The translations under genes and the position numbers were made by a program. Below are positions 27,237-36,684 of a stretch of 64,000 nt of DNA, piece after piece. Location: positions 20,930 to 84,929 of the forward strand of contig CAYTGG010000001.1 in NCBI GenBank assembly GCA_964437455.1, given 5' to 3'. The notes beneath the pieces were generated by a model, which ran no database searches, was not told the origin of the DNA, and was given only the letters and a program-made list of their open reading frames with translations. Source of the DNA: Candidatus Woesearchaeota archaeon (GTDB lineage: Archaea > Nanobdellota > Nanobdellia > Pacearchaeales > GW2011-AR1). Every line of letters starts with the position of its first letter. Position 1 is the stretch's first letter.

Positions 27237-28982
27237 AATAGCTTTAATTCTTCTTACTCCAAAACTTGATGATTCCTCTTTTTTAATTTTGAAATGACCT
27301 AATTTCCAAGTGTTTTTTACATGAGGTCCAGAACAAATTTCTTTACTGAAATCTCCTATTGTGTAAACAGATACTTTTTCTCCATATTTACTTTCAAAGA
27401 TTCCTAAAGCTCCAGATTTTTTAGCTTCTTTTAAAGACATTTCTTCTCTTATTACTTCGCAAGACTTTTGAATCTGGGCATTTACTAAATCTTCAATTTT
27501 TTTTAATTCTTCTTTAGTTATTTTTCTAGGAAAAGAAAAATCTAATCTTAATCTTTCTGAAGTTATATTACTTCCTTTTTGTATTATACTTTCATCTTTA
27601 AGTATCAATCTTAAAGCTGCTAAAAGAAGATGAGTTGCTGTATGTAATTTAGTTGTTTTTTCAGAGTCGTCTGCTAATCCTGATTTAAATTTTCCAGCAG
27701 TAGCTGTTCTTGATAAGTTCTGATGATTTATGAGCTCTTTCTGGAATTCTTTCTCGTTAATCTTAATTCCTCTTTCTTTTACTATCTCCTTTGTAATCTC
27801 TATCGGAAATCCATAACTTTGATAAAGTAAGAAAGAATCTTTTCCTGAAATCTCTTTTTTATTTTTTGCTATCTCATTTAAAATATTCATTCCTTTTTCT
27901 AAAGTTTTCTTGAATCTTTCTTCTTCTTTTCTTATTTCTTCTAAAACTCTCTCTTTGTTTTTACTTAAATCTCTATAATCATCATATATTTTAAAAACTG
28001 GTTCTGTTATTTCTATTAGAGAATTTTTTATTCCTAGATATTTTCCATATCTTATGGCTCTTCTTAATAGTCTTCTTAAAATATATCCTTGTTCTGTATT
28101 ACTGGGAACTATTCCGTCAGAGATTATAAAAACAGATGCTTTTATATGATCTGCAATTATTCTAATTGCTTTAGTATCTTCTTTCTTTTTTCCATATCTT
28201 TTTCCAGATAATCTTTCTATCTTTTTTATAATAGGATTCCACATATCTGCATAATAATTATCTTCAAGTCCATTTAATACTGCAACAGTTCTTTCTACTC
28301 CTCCACCAAAATCTACATTTTTCTGCTCTGAAATATTATAATTTCCTTCTTCATCTTTTTTGTATTGCATCAAAACATTATTTCCTATCTCAATCCAATT
28401 TTCATCTTTTATATTAAATTTTTTTGGAGCAGGTTTATTCTTTGATCTCCAATAGAATATCTCAGTGTCAGGACCACACGGTCCTTTTTTTCCTATAGGC
28501 CCCCACCAATTTCCTTTTTTTCCTAAAAGAATAATTCTATCTTTAGAAAATCCAAGATTTTTCCATATATTTACTGATTCAGTATCTTTTGGAATTTCTT
28601 TTTCTCCTTTAAAACAACTAACCGCTAATCTCTCTATTGGAATATTTAATATTTTTGTTAGAAATTCAAAAGTATATTCTATAGCCTCTTTTTTCCAATA
28701 ATCTCCTAATGACCAATTACCAAGCATCTCAAAAAAAGTATGATGATATGTATCTCCTACTTCATCTATATCATTAGTTCTTATACATCTTTGAACATTG
28801 TATAATCTTTTTCCTAGAGGATGTTTTTGTCCTAGTAAGTATGGAACAATAGAATGCATTCCAGCTGAAATAAAAAGCGCAGTAGGATCATTCTCTGGAA
28901 TTAAATTTACATTAGGAATTTCTTTATGATTTCTTAATTTGAAAAAGTTCTTATATTCTTTAATAAGTTCTTTTCTCTTCAT
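27225..28982 (-). CDS. alaS: Alanyl-tRNA synthetase, truncated form (585 aa: catalytic plus editing region, no C-Ala domain)
   Basis: NDPTALFISAGMHSIVPYLLGQ...YNVQRCIRTNDIDEVGDTYHHTFFEMLGNWSLGDYWKKEAIEY is the canonical AlaRS motif block; C-terminal HTATHLL...SGPHV is the editing-domain zinc motif. Confidence 0.8.
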   Translation of the reverse strand: MKRKELIKEYKNFFKLRNHKEIPNVNLIPENDPTALFISAGMHSIVPYLLGQKHPLGKRLYNVQRCIRTNDIDEVGDTYHHTFFEMLGNWSLGDYWKKEAIEYTFEFLTKILNIPIERLAVSCFKGEKEIPKDTESVNIWKNLGFSKDRIILLGKKGNWWGPIGKKGPCGPDTEIFYWRSKNKPAPKKFNIKDENWIEIGNNVLMQYKKDEEGNYNISEQKNVDFGGGVERTVAVLNGLEDNYYADMWNPIIKKIERLSGKRYGKKKEDTKAIRIIADHIKASVFIISDGIVPSNTEQGYILRRLLRRAIRYGKYLGIKNSLIEITEPVFKIYDDYRDLSKNKERVLEEIRKEEERFKKTLEKGMNILNEIAKNKKEISGKDSFLLYQSYGFPIEITKEIVKERGIKINEKEFQKELINHQNLSRTATAGKFKSGLADDSEKTTKLHTATHLLLAALRLILKDESIIQKGSNITSERLRLDFSFPRKITKEELKKIEDLVNAQIQKSCEVIREEMSLKEAKKSGALGIFESKYGEKVSVYTIGDFSKEICSGPHVKNTWKLGHFKIKKEESSSFGVRRIKAILEE

Positions 28983-29045
28983 AATTCTTAATAGATGAAT
29001 ACCTTTTAAATTAATTATGGTTGTTAGAAAAAATTAAGTTAAAAT

Positions 29046-29381
29046 TTATCTACCTAATGATTTTAATCTACTTCTTATCTCCTGAAGTTGAATTTCAATA
29101 TCTTCTTTTGGTTCTTCTTTTTTCTCTTCTTTCTTATTCTCTTTTTTATTCTTCTCTTCAATTTTTGGAAATAGCTTTTCTAATTTTCTTATTCCAATCA
29201 TAATCTCTTTTGTTCTCTTATAGATAATATCTTTTATTCTTAATTCCTCTATTCTTAAATTCTTATATCTCTTAATAGTTTTTATTGTTTCCAATAATTC
29301 CTCTTCAGTTATTAGAATACTTTTTTTTGATTCTATTGTTTCATTATATCCTAATCTTACATGAATTGGACTTTCATTCAT
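29046..29381 (-). CDS. Coiled-coil protein, hypothetical (second gene of a two-gene coiled-coil unit)
   Basis: 111 aa, heptad-like Lys/Glu-rich; ATGA overlap with the upstream ORF. Confidence 0.35.
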   Translation of the reverse strand: MNESPIHVRLGYNETIESKKSILITEEELLETIKTIKRYKNLRIEELRIKDIIYKRTKEIMIGIRKLEKLFPKIEEKNKKENKKEEKKEEPKEDIEIQLQEIRSRLKSLGR

Positions 29382-29908
29382 TCTGCTTTAGAAAAAATCT
29401 CTATATCTATCTTTTCAATTTGTTGTTTAGTTGCTTTTATTTTATTTTCCCAATCTTGTAATTCTTTTTCTTCTTTTTCTTTAAGTTCTTTTGTATTATT
29501 AAGCATCTTTTCTATTTGATTTACTTTTTCTTTTATATTCTCTAAAATCTTATTACACTCTTTAAATTTTTCAATCTTTACAAATAAAGGTTCAGCTTCT
29601 CTTACTCTTCTTTCTGCTTCTATTACTTCTTTAGGAATTTCTTCTCTAAAGATTCTTTTTTGAAGAAATGGTTTTGGAGGTTCAGGCATCATTCTTTCTT
29701 CTTCGAATTCATCTACCTCTTCTCCAATATCCTCTTTTCCCCCTCCTACAGCTTCTTTAATGCTATTTTGAGAAAATCTTTCTCCAAGAGAGTTAGTAGG
29801 AAAACTAGGTAATCTAGGAATATCTAAATTTGGAACTTCTGGAATTTCTGGAAGTTCAGGCAGAGAGGATATCTCCTCTTTCTTTTTATCTTTTTTAAAC
29901 CAGCTCAT
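29378..29908 (-). CDS. Coiled-coil protein with Pro-rich N-terminal region, hypothetical (start set at MSWFKKDKKKEE, not the long track ORF)
   Basis: The track ORF 29378-30106 has an N-terminal extension overlapping the divergent tfe promoter/start; the internal Met at 29906-29908 gives about 176 aa with LPELPEIPEVPNLDIPRLP followed by a long coiled coil. Confidence 0.4.
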   Translation of the reverse strand: MSWFKKDKKKEEISSLPELPEIPEVPNLDIPRLPSFPTNSLGERFSQNSIKEAVGGGKEDIGEEVDEFEEERMMPEPPKPFLQKRIFREEIPKEVIEAERRVREAEPLFVKIEKFKECNKILENIKEKVNQIEKMLNNTKELKEKEEKELQDWENKIKATKQQIEKIDIEIFSKAE

Positions 29909-30011
29909 TTTATGTAACTTTAATATATACAAAGTAAAATATACTTTAAAAACTTTTATTTTTCTGAATCTATACCGAAAGGTATTTATTTCATTTTTTT
30001 TTAATATTAAG

Positions 30012-30824
30012 ATGTCAAAAGATTTTCTAAGGGAGGCAATATCTATTATAGTCGGAAAACAGTCAGAAGGAATAGCAGATTTATTAGATAGTAAAAAACC
30101 AGTCAATGAATTTTTAATAGCTAAAAAATTAGAACTTACTATAAATCAAACTAGAAATCTCCTTTATAGAATTACAGATCAAGGATTAGTTTCTTCTATA
30201 AGAAAAAAAGATAAGAAAAAAGGATGGTATACTTACTTCTGGAAAATAGAACCTTTAAAATGCCTTGAATTTTTGAGGAAAATTTTAATTAATAAGATAG
30301 AACAAACTAATTATCAAATTAATAGTAGGCAAACTAGAAGATTCTATATATGTGAAAAATGCAATTTAGAATTCAATGAAGAAAATGCCTTGTTATGTGA
30401 TTTTACTTGTAGAGAATGTGGTAATGTTCTTAAATTAGAAGATAATACAAAATTATTGAAAGAACTTAAGAGAAATCTTTTAAGATTTGAAGGCGAATTG
30501 GAAGATATAAAAGAGGAGATTGACAGAGAACATGAAAAAGAGGAGAAGATAAAACTTAGAGAATTGAAAAAGAAGAAAGCTGAAAAAATAAAAAATAGAA
30601 AGTTAGAAAGATCTTCTAAAAATTCTAAGAAATTAAAAGATACTAAAGAGAATAAGAAATTAGGCAATATTAAAAAAACTAAAAAATTAATGAAGAATAA
30701 GAAGAGAATTAAAGAGAATACAAAAACAAATAAGAATAATCAGAAGAGGATAATTCCAAAGAAAAAAGATTCAAGAAAACTTAATGTAAAGAAGCAAAAG
30801 AGAATTATTAAAAAGAAAAAGTAA
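30012..30824 (+). CDS. tfe: Transcription factor E alpha (TFE/TFIIE-alpha homolog) with a Lys-rich C-terminal tail
   Basis: N-terminal winged helix (EFLIAKKLELTINQTRNLLYRITDQGLV), then a zinc ribbon YICEKC...CRECG. Confidence 0.75.
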   Translation: MSKDFLREAISIIVGKQSEGIADLLDSKKPVNEFLIAKKLELTINQTRNLLYRITDQGLVSSIRKKDKKKGWYTYFWKIEPLKCLEFLRKILINKIEQTNYQINSRQTRRFYICEKCNLEFNEENALLCDFTCRECGNVLKLEDNTKLLKELKRNLLRFEGELEDIKEEIDREHEKEEKIKLRELKKKKAEKIKNRKLERSSKNSKKLKDTKENKKLGNIKKTKKLMKNKKRIKENTKTNKNNQKRIIPKKKDSRKLNVKKQKRIIKKKK

Positions 30825-30825
30825 A

Positions 30826-31521
30826 ATGACTGTTTATCAAATCTTTCCTAAAAAAAGAAAATTTTTCTTAAGTAATTTTAATATAACTTTAAATTTAGTT
30901 ATAATAAATGTCTTCTTCTTTTTCTTATCAATAATTGTTGTTTCTATTAATCCTTCTTTAATAAAATATCTTGCTCTACAACCAGCCTCTTTCATACATG
31001 GACAGTATTTATGGACTATTTTGACAAGTATGTTTTCTCATGTATTTCTTTGGCATATTTTTGCAAATATGATAACTTTGATTTTTATAGGAGGATTTGT
31101 TGAAAAGATTATAGGAAAAAAAAGATATTTGTGGTTTTATCTAACTTCTGGAATAATTGCTTCTTTATTTTTTATTTTTCTTTCTGTTCTATTCGGGAAT
31201 TCTTTAATAGGAGAGAAACTTTTTGGAAGTCCTGAAATCTTTGCACTTGGAGCTTCAGGCGCAATATTTGGTTTAGCTGGATTAATAACTATTCTTATTC
31301 CAAAAATGAAAGTTCTTGTATTTTTTATTATTCCTATGCCTATCTGGGCAGCTATGGTCTTCTTTTTAGGTTTCTTTTGGTTTTTATCTGTTTTTGGAGG
31401 ATTACCTATAGGAAATAGTGCTCATTTAGGAGGATTTCTTACAGGAGTAGTATATGGATTATATCTAAAGAATAAATTTCCAAGAAGAACTCAAATCATA
31501 AATAGGTACTTTAATCAATGA
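30826..31521 (+). CDS. Rhomboid-family intramembrane serine protease
   Basis: GASGAIFGLAG (GxSG catalytic Ser) and AHLGGFLTGV (catalytic His); 6 TM. Confidence 0.85.
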   Translation: MTVYQIFPKKRKFFLSNFNITLNLVIINVFFFFLSIIVVSINPSLIKYLALQPASFIHGQYLWTILTSMFSHVFLWHIFANMITLIFIGGFVEKIIGKKRYLWFYLTSGIIASLFFIFLSVLFGNSLIGEKLFGSPEIFALGASGAIFGLAGLITILIPKMKVLVFFIIPMPIWAAMVFFLGFFWFLSVFGGLPIGNSAHLGGFLTGVVYGLYLKNKFPRRTQIINRYFNQ

Positions 31522-32306
31522 GAGAAAATAAAAAAGGAAAAAGAAAAGATAATAAAAAGGATTATTTTATATATAAAAAAGAAAATTTAATTATTCTTTT
31601 AGGAATATTTTTATTTTTATTTAACTCTTTTTATAAAATATTTTTTTTAAATGGAATTTCTAACAATTTTATCTATTATTTTCAAATAATTAGTTTTTCT
31701 TTAATTTATTTTGGATTAATTATTCATCCTTCTTTTAAGAAAGATAATCCTATTTTAAAATCTTGGAATTATATTAAGAAATTAAAAATGTTCATTTATT
31801 TATCAGTTATCCTCTTTTTATTCTCTTCTTTAATTGGTTTTTTTATTCTTCCTCCAGATTTTATAATTGAAGAGATTTTAAAGCTTATTCAAGATATTCT
31901 AGCTCAGACAGAAGGAATGTCTTCTATTGAACTAATTAGTTTCATTTTTTTTAATAATCTTAAAAGCACTTTATTAGTGGTTCTTTTTGGAATATTTTTG
32001 GGAATTCTTCCTTTAATATCAATTTTGTTTAATGGTTATTTATTGGGCTTTGTTTCTTCTATGGCTGTAGGAAAATCTAGCCTTCTTGAATTATTGAGAC
32101 TTTTTCCTCACGGAATCTTTGAGTTGCCTGCAATCTTTATTTCAGTAGGAGTAGGTCTAAAATTAGGAACCTTTTTATTTCAAGATAATAAATCTGAATT
32201 TCTTAAAGAAAATTTTCTTAATTCATTAAAAGTTTTTTTCTTTATTGTGATTCCACTTCTGATAATAGCTGCCATAATAGAAGGACTTTTTATATCTCTT
32301 AGTTAA
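31518..32306 (+). CDS. SpoIIM-like (DUF95) membrane protein
   Basis: Multi-TM with NGYLLGFV...LFPHGIFELPAIFISVGVGLKLG, a typical DUF95 core; ATGA overlap with the rhomboid gene. Confidence 0.55.
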   Translation: MRENKKGKRKDNKKDYFIYKKENLIILLGIFLFLFNSFYKIFFLNGISNNFIYYFQIISFSLIYFGLIIHPSFKKDNPILKSWNYIKKLKMFIYLSVILFLFSSLIGFFILPPDFIIEEILKLIQDILAQTEGMSSIELISFIFFNNLKSTLLVVLFGIFLGILPLISILFNGYLLGFVSSMAVGKSSLLELLRLFPHGIFELPAIFISVGVGLKLGTFLFQDNKSEFLKENFLNSLKVFFFIVIPLLIIAAIIEGLFISLS

Positions 32307-32357
32307 ATTTATATATTATAAGATTCTTATATTCTTAATTAAAGAGGAGGTTATTAA

Positions 32358-32543
32358 ATGGTTTGGTATCATAAAATTGCTTTAGTTTTATCTGCTATAG
32401 GTGCTATAAACTGGGGACTTGCTGAACTTGGATGGAATGCAGTTGAACAATTGTTGGGATTTGTAGAATGGTTACCTATGATTGTTTACTATATTGTAGC
32501 TCTATGTGGAGTTTATGCTTTAGTTAAAGCATTCAATAAGTAA
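32358..32543 (+). CDS. DUF378-family small membrane protein
   Basis: IALVLSAIGAINWGLAELGWNAVEQLLG...IVYYIVALCGVYAL matches DUF378 (ALNWGL motif); GAGGAGG RBS upstream. Confidence 0.6.
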   Translation: MVWYHKIALVLSAIGAINWGLAELGWNAVEQLLGFVEWLPMIVYYIVALCGVYALVKAFNK

Positions 32544-32624
32544 ATTTTTTTATTTTTAAAAATTCTTTAAAATTAGATTTTTGTTAAAGAAGTATTTTTT
32601 CTTAATCTATTTTGTAATCTGTTC

Positions 32625-32825
32625 TTATTCTTTTATATCATTAATTCCTAATATAATTAACAATAAGCCTATCATTAATATTATCCAAACTAGGCCTCCT
32701 TTAAAGAATTCCCATGCAGCATGTTTAAAATTCCAAAAACTGCCGAATTCAGAGGAATACCATCCTAAAAGAATAGTTCCATTAAGGATTATTAATCCTA
32801 TCAGAATCTCAAGCCATTTATTCAT
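32625..32825 (-). CDS. Small 2-TM membrane protein, hypothetical
   Basis: 66 aa with a clear two-helix hydrophobicity pattern; preferred over the overlapping +strand ORF 32581-32868. Confidence 0.3.
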   Translation of the reverse strand: MNKWLEILIGLIILNGTILLGWYSSEFGSFWNFKHAAWEFFKGGLVWIILMIGLLLIILGINDIKE

Positions 32826-32946
32826 TGTAATTTTAATTGTTTTTTATCATTTAAAAAGATTCTTGTGATGAAGAGAATAAAAGAAATGCTTAAAAAGGAA
32901 ATTTTTTCTAATTATATAAGCTTTATAGGAGTTTTTAGTTATTAAT

Positions 32947-33891
32947 ATGAGAAAAGTAAAAGATTTTTTATGGGAACCTAATATGTCAATTAGGAAATGT
33001 GTAGATGCATTTGGAAATCTAGGTTATCAAGCAACTGAACTTAAGGAAGCTACAGAGGTTATTCTAAAAATGAAAAGGTCAAATGCTAAAATTTTTCTTA
33101 CTTTTACTTCTAATATGGTAACTTCTGGATTAAGGGGTTTTTTTGCACAATTATGTAAGTTTAAAATTCCAAATGTTCTTGTTACAACCTCTGGAAGTAT
33201 AGAAGAGGATATTATGAAAGCTGTGGGAGAGAATTTTGAATTATCTAATTTTAATGCTGATGATGTACAAATGCATGAAAGAGGAGAAAATAGAGTTGGA
33301 AATTTACTAATAAGAAACGAGAGTTATATGAAATTTGAAGATTTAATGAAAGAATATCTCTTGGAGATTTATAGAAAAAAGAAAAGAATTTCTTCTTCAG
33401 AATTAATTAGAGAAATTGGATTAATATTAAATGATGAAAATTCTATTTTATATCAAGCTTCAAGAAATAACATTCCTATTTATTGTCCTGGAATTGCTGA
33501 TTCAAGTTTCGGTTTTCAATTATTTCTATTTCAACAAAAATATCCTGATTTTATTGTAGATTCTGTGCAGGATATGAATAGAATTGTAAGTGATTTAGGA
33601 TTTGATGAGAAAAAAGGTTTGATATCTTTAGGAGGAAGTATCTCAAAACATTATGCTATTTTTTCTACTTTACTTTCAGGAGGTTTTGATTACGCTGTAT
33701 ATATGACCACTTCACATAGGGATTCTGGAAGTTTTTCAGGAGCAACAACTCAAGAAGCAAAATCATGGGGAAAAATAAAAGATGATGCTGAAGCAGCTAA
33801 TGTAAATGGAGATGTTTGTATAACTTTTCCTTTAGCAATGTGTAGTGTCCTAGATAAATTGAAAGAAGAAGGGCTTTTTGAAGATGAATAA
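32947..33891 (+). CDS. dys: Deoxyhypusine synthase
   Basis: IFLTFTSNMVTSGLRG...PNVLVTTSGSIEEDIMK and the C-terminal GGSISKHY... are typical DHS blocks; 314 aa. Confidence 0.85.
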   Translation: MRKVKDFLWEPNMSIRKCVDAFGNLGYQATELKEATEVILKMKRSNAKIFLTFTSNMVTSGLRGFFAQLCKFKIPNVLVTTSGSIEEDIMKAVGENFELSNFNADDVQMHERGENRVGNLLIRNESYMKFEDLMKEYLLEIYRKKKRISSSELIREIGLILNDENSILYQASRNNIPIYCPGIADSSFGFQLFLFQQKYPDFIVDSVQDMNRIVSDLGFDEKKGLISLGGSISKHYAIFSTLLSGGFDYAVYMTTSHRDSGSFSGATTQEAKSWGKIKDDAEAANVNGDVCITFPLAMCSVLDKLKEEGLFEDE

Positions 33892-34927
33892 TGCGAGATT
33901 TATACTTTCTAAAGAAAAATTATTAGAAAAACTTAATTTTCTAGAAGATTTAGGATTAAAAATTTCTTATTCTTATAAGACCAATAAAGAAGTTGGAAAA
34001 CTATTACAAGAGATCTCTGATGTTAATTTTTCAATTCATTCTCAAGAAGAAATTAATGAAATTAAAAATAAGAAGAAAATTTGGTTTTTTATTCAAGCGG
34101 AAGATAAAAAAGAATTAGAAGATTTACTAAAAAAAGGAGTTAAAACTTTTGTAATAGATAATAAATTAGATTTAGATAATCTTTTAGAAGTTATTTCTGA
34201 AAAAAATTTTAAGATTAATCTTTCTTTGAGAATGAAATTTTCTGAACATAGAATTGGAAGTGGAAAATATTTTGTTTATGGAATGAATTCTAATGATATT
34301 AATGGAATAATTAAAGAGATAAAAAATAATAAAAATATTGATAAGATTGGAATATCTATTCATAGAAAGAGTCAAAATGTCTCAGAATGGGAAATAAAAA
34401 GAGAAATTGAAGATTCTTTAGATAAAGAGGTTTTAGAGAAAATTTCTTTTATTAATTTAGGAGGAGGACTTCCTTCAGAATACAGAAGTTTTAATTCAAA
34501 AGTTTTTGATTATATTTTTGAAAAGATATTAGAAATAAAGAATTTCCTTGATGAAAATAAAATTGAGACTTGGATAGAACCAGGAAGATTTTTAGCTGCT
34601 CCATGTATAAAATTAGAAACAGAGATTGTTCAAATTCAAGAAAATAATCTAATTGTTAATACCACTATCTATAATTGTGCTCTAGACACTTTGTTGACAG
34701 GAACAAAAATGTTAATAGAAGGAGAGTTGGAAAATGAGGAAGCTGGAAGTTACTTTTTAATTAAAGGAAATTCTCCTACTAGAGATGATATTTTTCGTTA
34801 TAAAGTAAAACTAAAAAATCCTAAATTAGGAGATAAAATAATCTTCTTGAATGCAGGAGCTTATAATTATTCTACTGATTTTTTTGGTTATAATAAACTA
34901 AAAACAGATATTGTAGATTATTTTTAG
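33878..34927 (+). CDS. PLP-dependent decarboxylase, fold-type III (Orn/Arg/DAP decarboxylase-like), short form
   Basis: YSYKTNKEV matches the PLP-lysine motif (yAvKaN); GGGLPSEY matches the GGG(F/L) motif; overlaps the dys stop. Confidence 0.5.
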   Translation: MKMNNARFILSKEKLLEKLNFLEDLGLKISYSYKTNKEVGKLLQEISDVNFSIHSQEEINEIKNKKKIWFFIQAEDKKELEDLLKKGVKTFVIDNKLDLDNLLEVISEKNFKINLSLRMKFSEHRIGSGKYFVYGMNSNDINGIIKEIKNNKNIDKIGISIHRKSQNVSEWEIKREIEDSLDKEVLEKISFINLGGGLPSEYRSFNSKVFDYIFEKILEIKNFLDENKIETWIEPGRFLAAPCIKLETEIVQIQENNLIVNTTIYNCALDTLLTGTKMLIEGELENEEAGSYFLIKGNSPTRDDIFRYKVKLKNPKLGDKIIFLNAGAYNYSTDFFGYNKLKTDIVDYF

Positions 34928-34987
34928 AGATTTCTAGTTGTAAAAAATTTACAAAATCTTAAATAGTCTTTTCTTTAATTTTATTCT

Positions 34988-36037
34988 ATGATAAGTCAAA
35001 AACAAATTGAAGAGATTAGAGAACATTTAGAGAAAGCTCAAAATCCTATTTTTCTTTTTGATAATGATCCTGATGGTCTATGTAGTTTCCTTTTATTAAG
35101 AAGGTACATAGGAAGAGGAAAAGGATTTCCTGTTAAATCTTTTCCAGGACTTACAGATTCTTATGTTAGAAAAGTCAACGAGTTAAATGCTGATTATGTT
35201 TTTATTCTTGATAAACCAGTAGTAGATGAAGACTTTTTTAAGGAAATAGAAAAAACAAATGTTCCTGTAGTCTGGATAGACCATCACAAATTACAACAAA
35301 AAGTACCTCCTTTTGTAAATTATTATAATTCTCTAAAGAACTCAGAAGGTGGAGAACCAGTTACTTATATGTCTTATAAAATTTCAGATAAGAAAGAAGA
35401 TTTATGGATCGCTCTGATAGGTTGTATATCTGATATGTTCTTTCCAGAATTTTATTCAGATTTTAAGAAAAAATATCCTGATTTAGCTATTAATTCAGAT
35501 AATGCTCCAGAAGTTTTATATAAATCTGTAATTGGAAAAATGTGTAGGATTATGAGCTTTGCTTTGAAGGATAGAACTACTAATGTTATTAGTATGATAA
35601 GATTTTTGATTGAATCTGAAACTCCTTATGATATTCTAGAAAAAAATTCTAAAAATTATAATATGCATAAAAGATTTGAGCAAATTGATAGAAAGTATCA
35701 GAAATTCTTAAATAAAGCAAGAGAAGTTGAGAAAAACTCTGATAATAAGAATATTTTATTTTTTCAATATGGAGGAGATTTGAGTATTAGTAGTGATATA
35801 TCTAACGAACTTAAATATGATTTTCCTGAGAAAGTAGTAGTAGTTGCTTATGTAATAGGTGCTAAGACAAATATTTCTGTAAGAGGAAAAAAGATAAGAG
35901 AAAAAGTTTTAGATGTTATTAAGAATTTAGAGGATGCAACTGGAGGAGGACATGAAGATGCTGTTGGAGCTAGAGTTAAGACAGAGGACCTAGAGAGATT
36001 TAGAAATAACCTAGAAAATATGATAGATTCTAAATAA
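34988..36037 (+). CDS. DHH/DHHA1-family phosphoesterase (RecJ/NrnA-like)
   Basis: DNDPDGLCS (motif I), VWIDHHK (DHH), C-terminal GGGHEDAVGARV (DHHA1 GGGH). Confidence 0.7.
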   Translation: MISQKQIEEIREHLEKAQNPIFLFDNDPDGLCSFLLLRRYIGRGKGFPVKSFPGLTDSYVRKVNELNADYVFILDKPVVDEDFFKEIEKTNVPVVWIDHHKLQQKVPPFVNYYNSLKNSEGGEPVTYMSYKISDKKEDLWIALIGCISDMFFPEFYSDFKKKYPDLAINSDNAPEVLYKSVIGKMCRIMSFALKDRTTNVISMIRFLIESETPYDILEKNSKNYNMHKRFEQIDRKYQKFLNKAREVEKNSDNKNILFFQYGGDLSISSDISNELKYDFPEKVVVVAYVIGAKTNISVRGKKIREKVLDVIKNLEDATGGGHEDAVGARVKTEDLERFRNNLENMIDSK

Positions 36038-36416
36038 AAAAATATTTAAACTCATTTTTTTTAATAGAAATATGAGTAAACAAAGCCAATATAAATATAA
36101 TTGTAACTTTGGTTTAGTTTACACTAAAATTAAAACTTTAATTTAATTCAGATTTCTTCTTTATGTCTGAATTAAATTGGAGAGAAAATTATTTCTTAAT
36201 TCGGACTTTATAGGAGATTTCTGTTTTTGAATTTAATAAAAATGGAAACAGAACAACTGTTAATAAAAGGTGAAATAGATTTTTTAGAAGAGGAATTGGC
36301 TGAATTATTTAGAATAACTCTTCGTTTAGAAACAGAACTTGAAACTGTTATTAAGAGAAATTAATCTTTATAGGAGAAAGAAAGTGTTTTGTATTAGTCA
36401 GTATGCGGTTTAAAAT

Positions 36417-36475
36417 AATCCTTCTTAAAAGAATAATCCTCCTTAAAAGAATAATCCTCCTTAAAAAAGGTTATT
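36417..36475. repeat. Tandem repeat, 3 x about 18 nt (AATAATCCT(C/T)CTTAAAAG), inside a 650-bp non-coding region
   Basis: cttcttaaaagaataatcctccttaaaagaataatcctccttaaaaaagg read directly. Confidence 0.6.
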
Positions 36476-36684
36476 CATTAAGAGATTATGAATAATAAAC
36501 TAAATGAATTTGTTGTGTTTTGTAAATTTAAATTTACTGGATTGTCTAAATTAACTAAATGGAGAAAAATATCTTAATTAAATAAAAGAATTTTTACTTT
36601 TTTAAAAGAGCAGTATTTAGAATAGAAAGAAATTTTAAGAAAAGAAGAAGAATCTAGAAGAGATTATAATAATAAATTTCTTTA

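Noticed and set aside
29909-30106. N-terminal 66 aa of the track ORF 29378-30106
   Set aside because: The extension overlaps the start of the divergent tfe gene and has no coiled-coil character; the internal Met (MSWFKKDKKKEE) is preferred.
32581-32868. 95-aa plus-strand ORF
   Set aside because: Overlaps a minus-strand ORF with a much cleaner two-TM hydropathy pattern; the plus frame is Ile/Asn-rich low complexity.
36243-36365. 40-codon ORF (METEQLLIKGEIDFLEEELAELFRITLRLETELETVIKRN) in the long intergenic region
   Set aside because: Too short and without an RBS or conservation evidence; mentioned only as part of the non-coding island.
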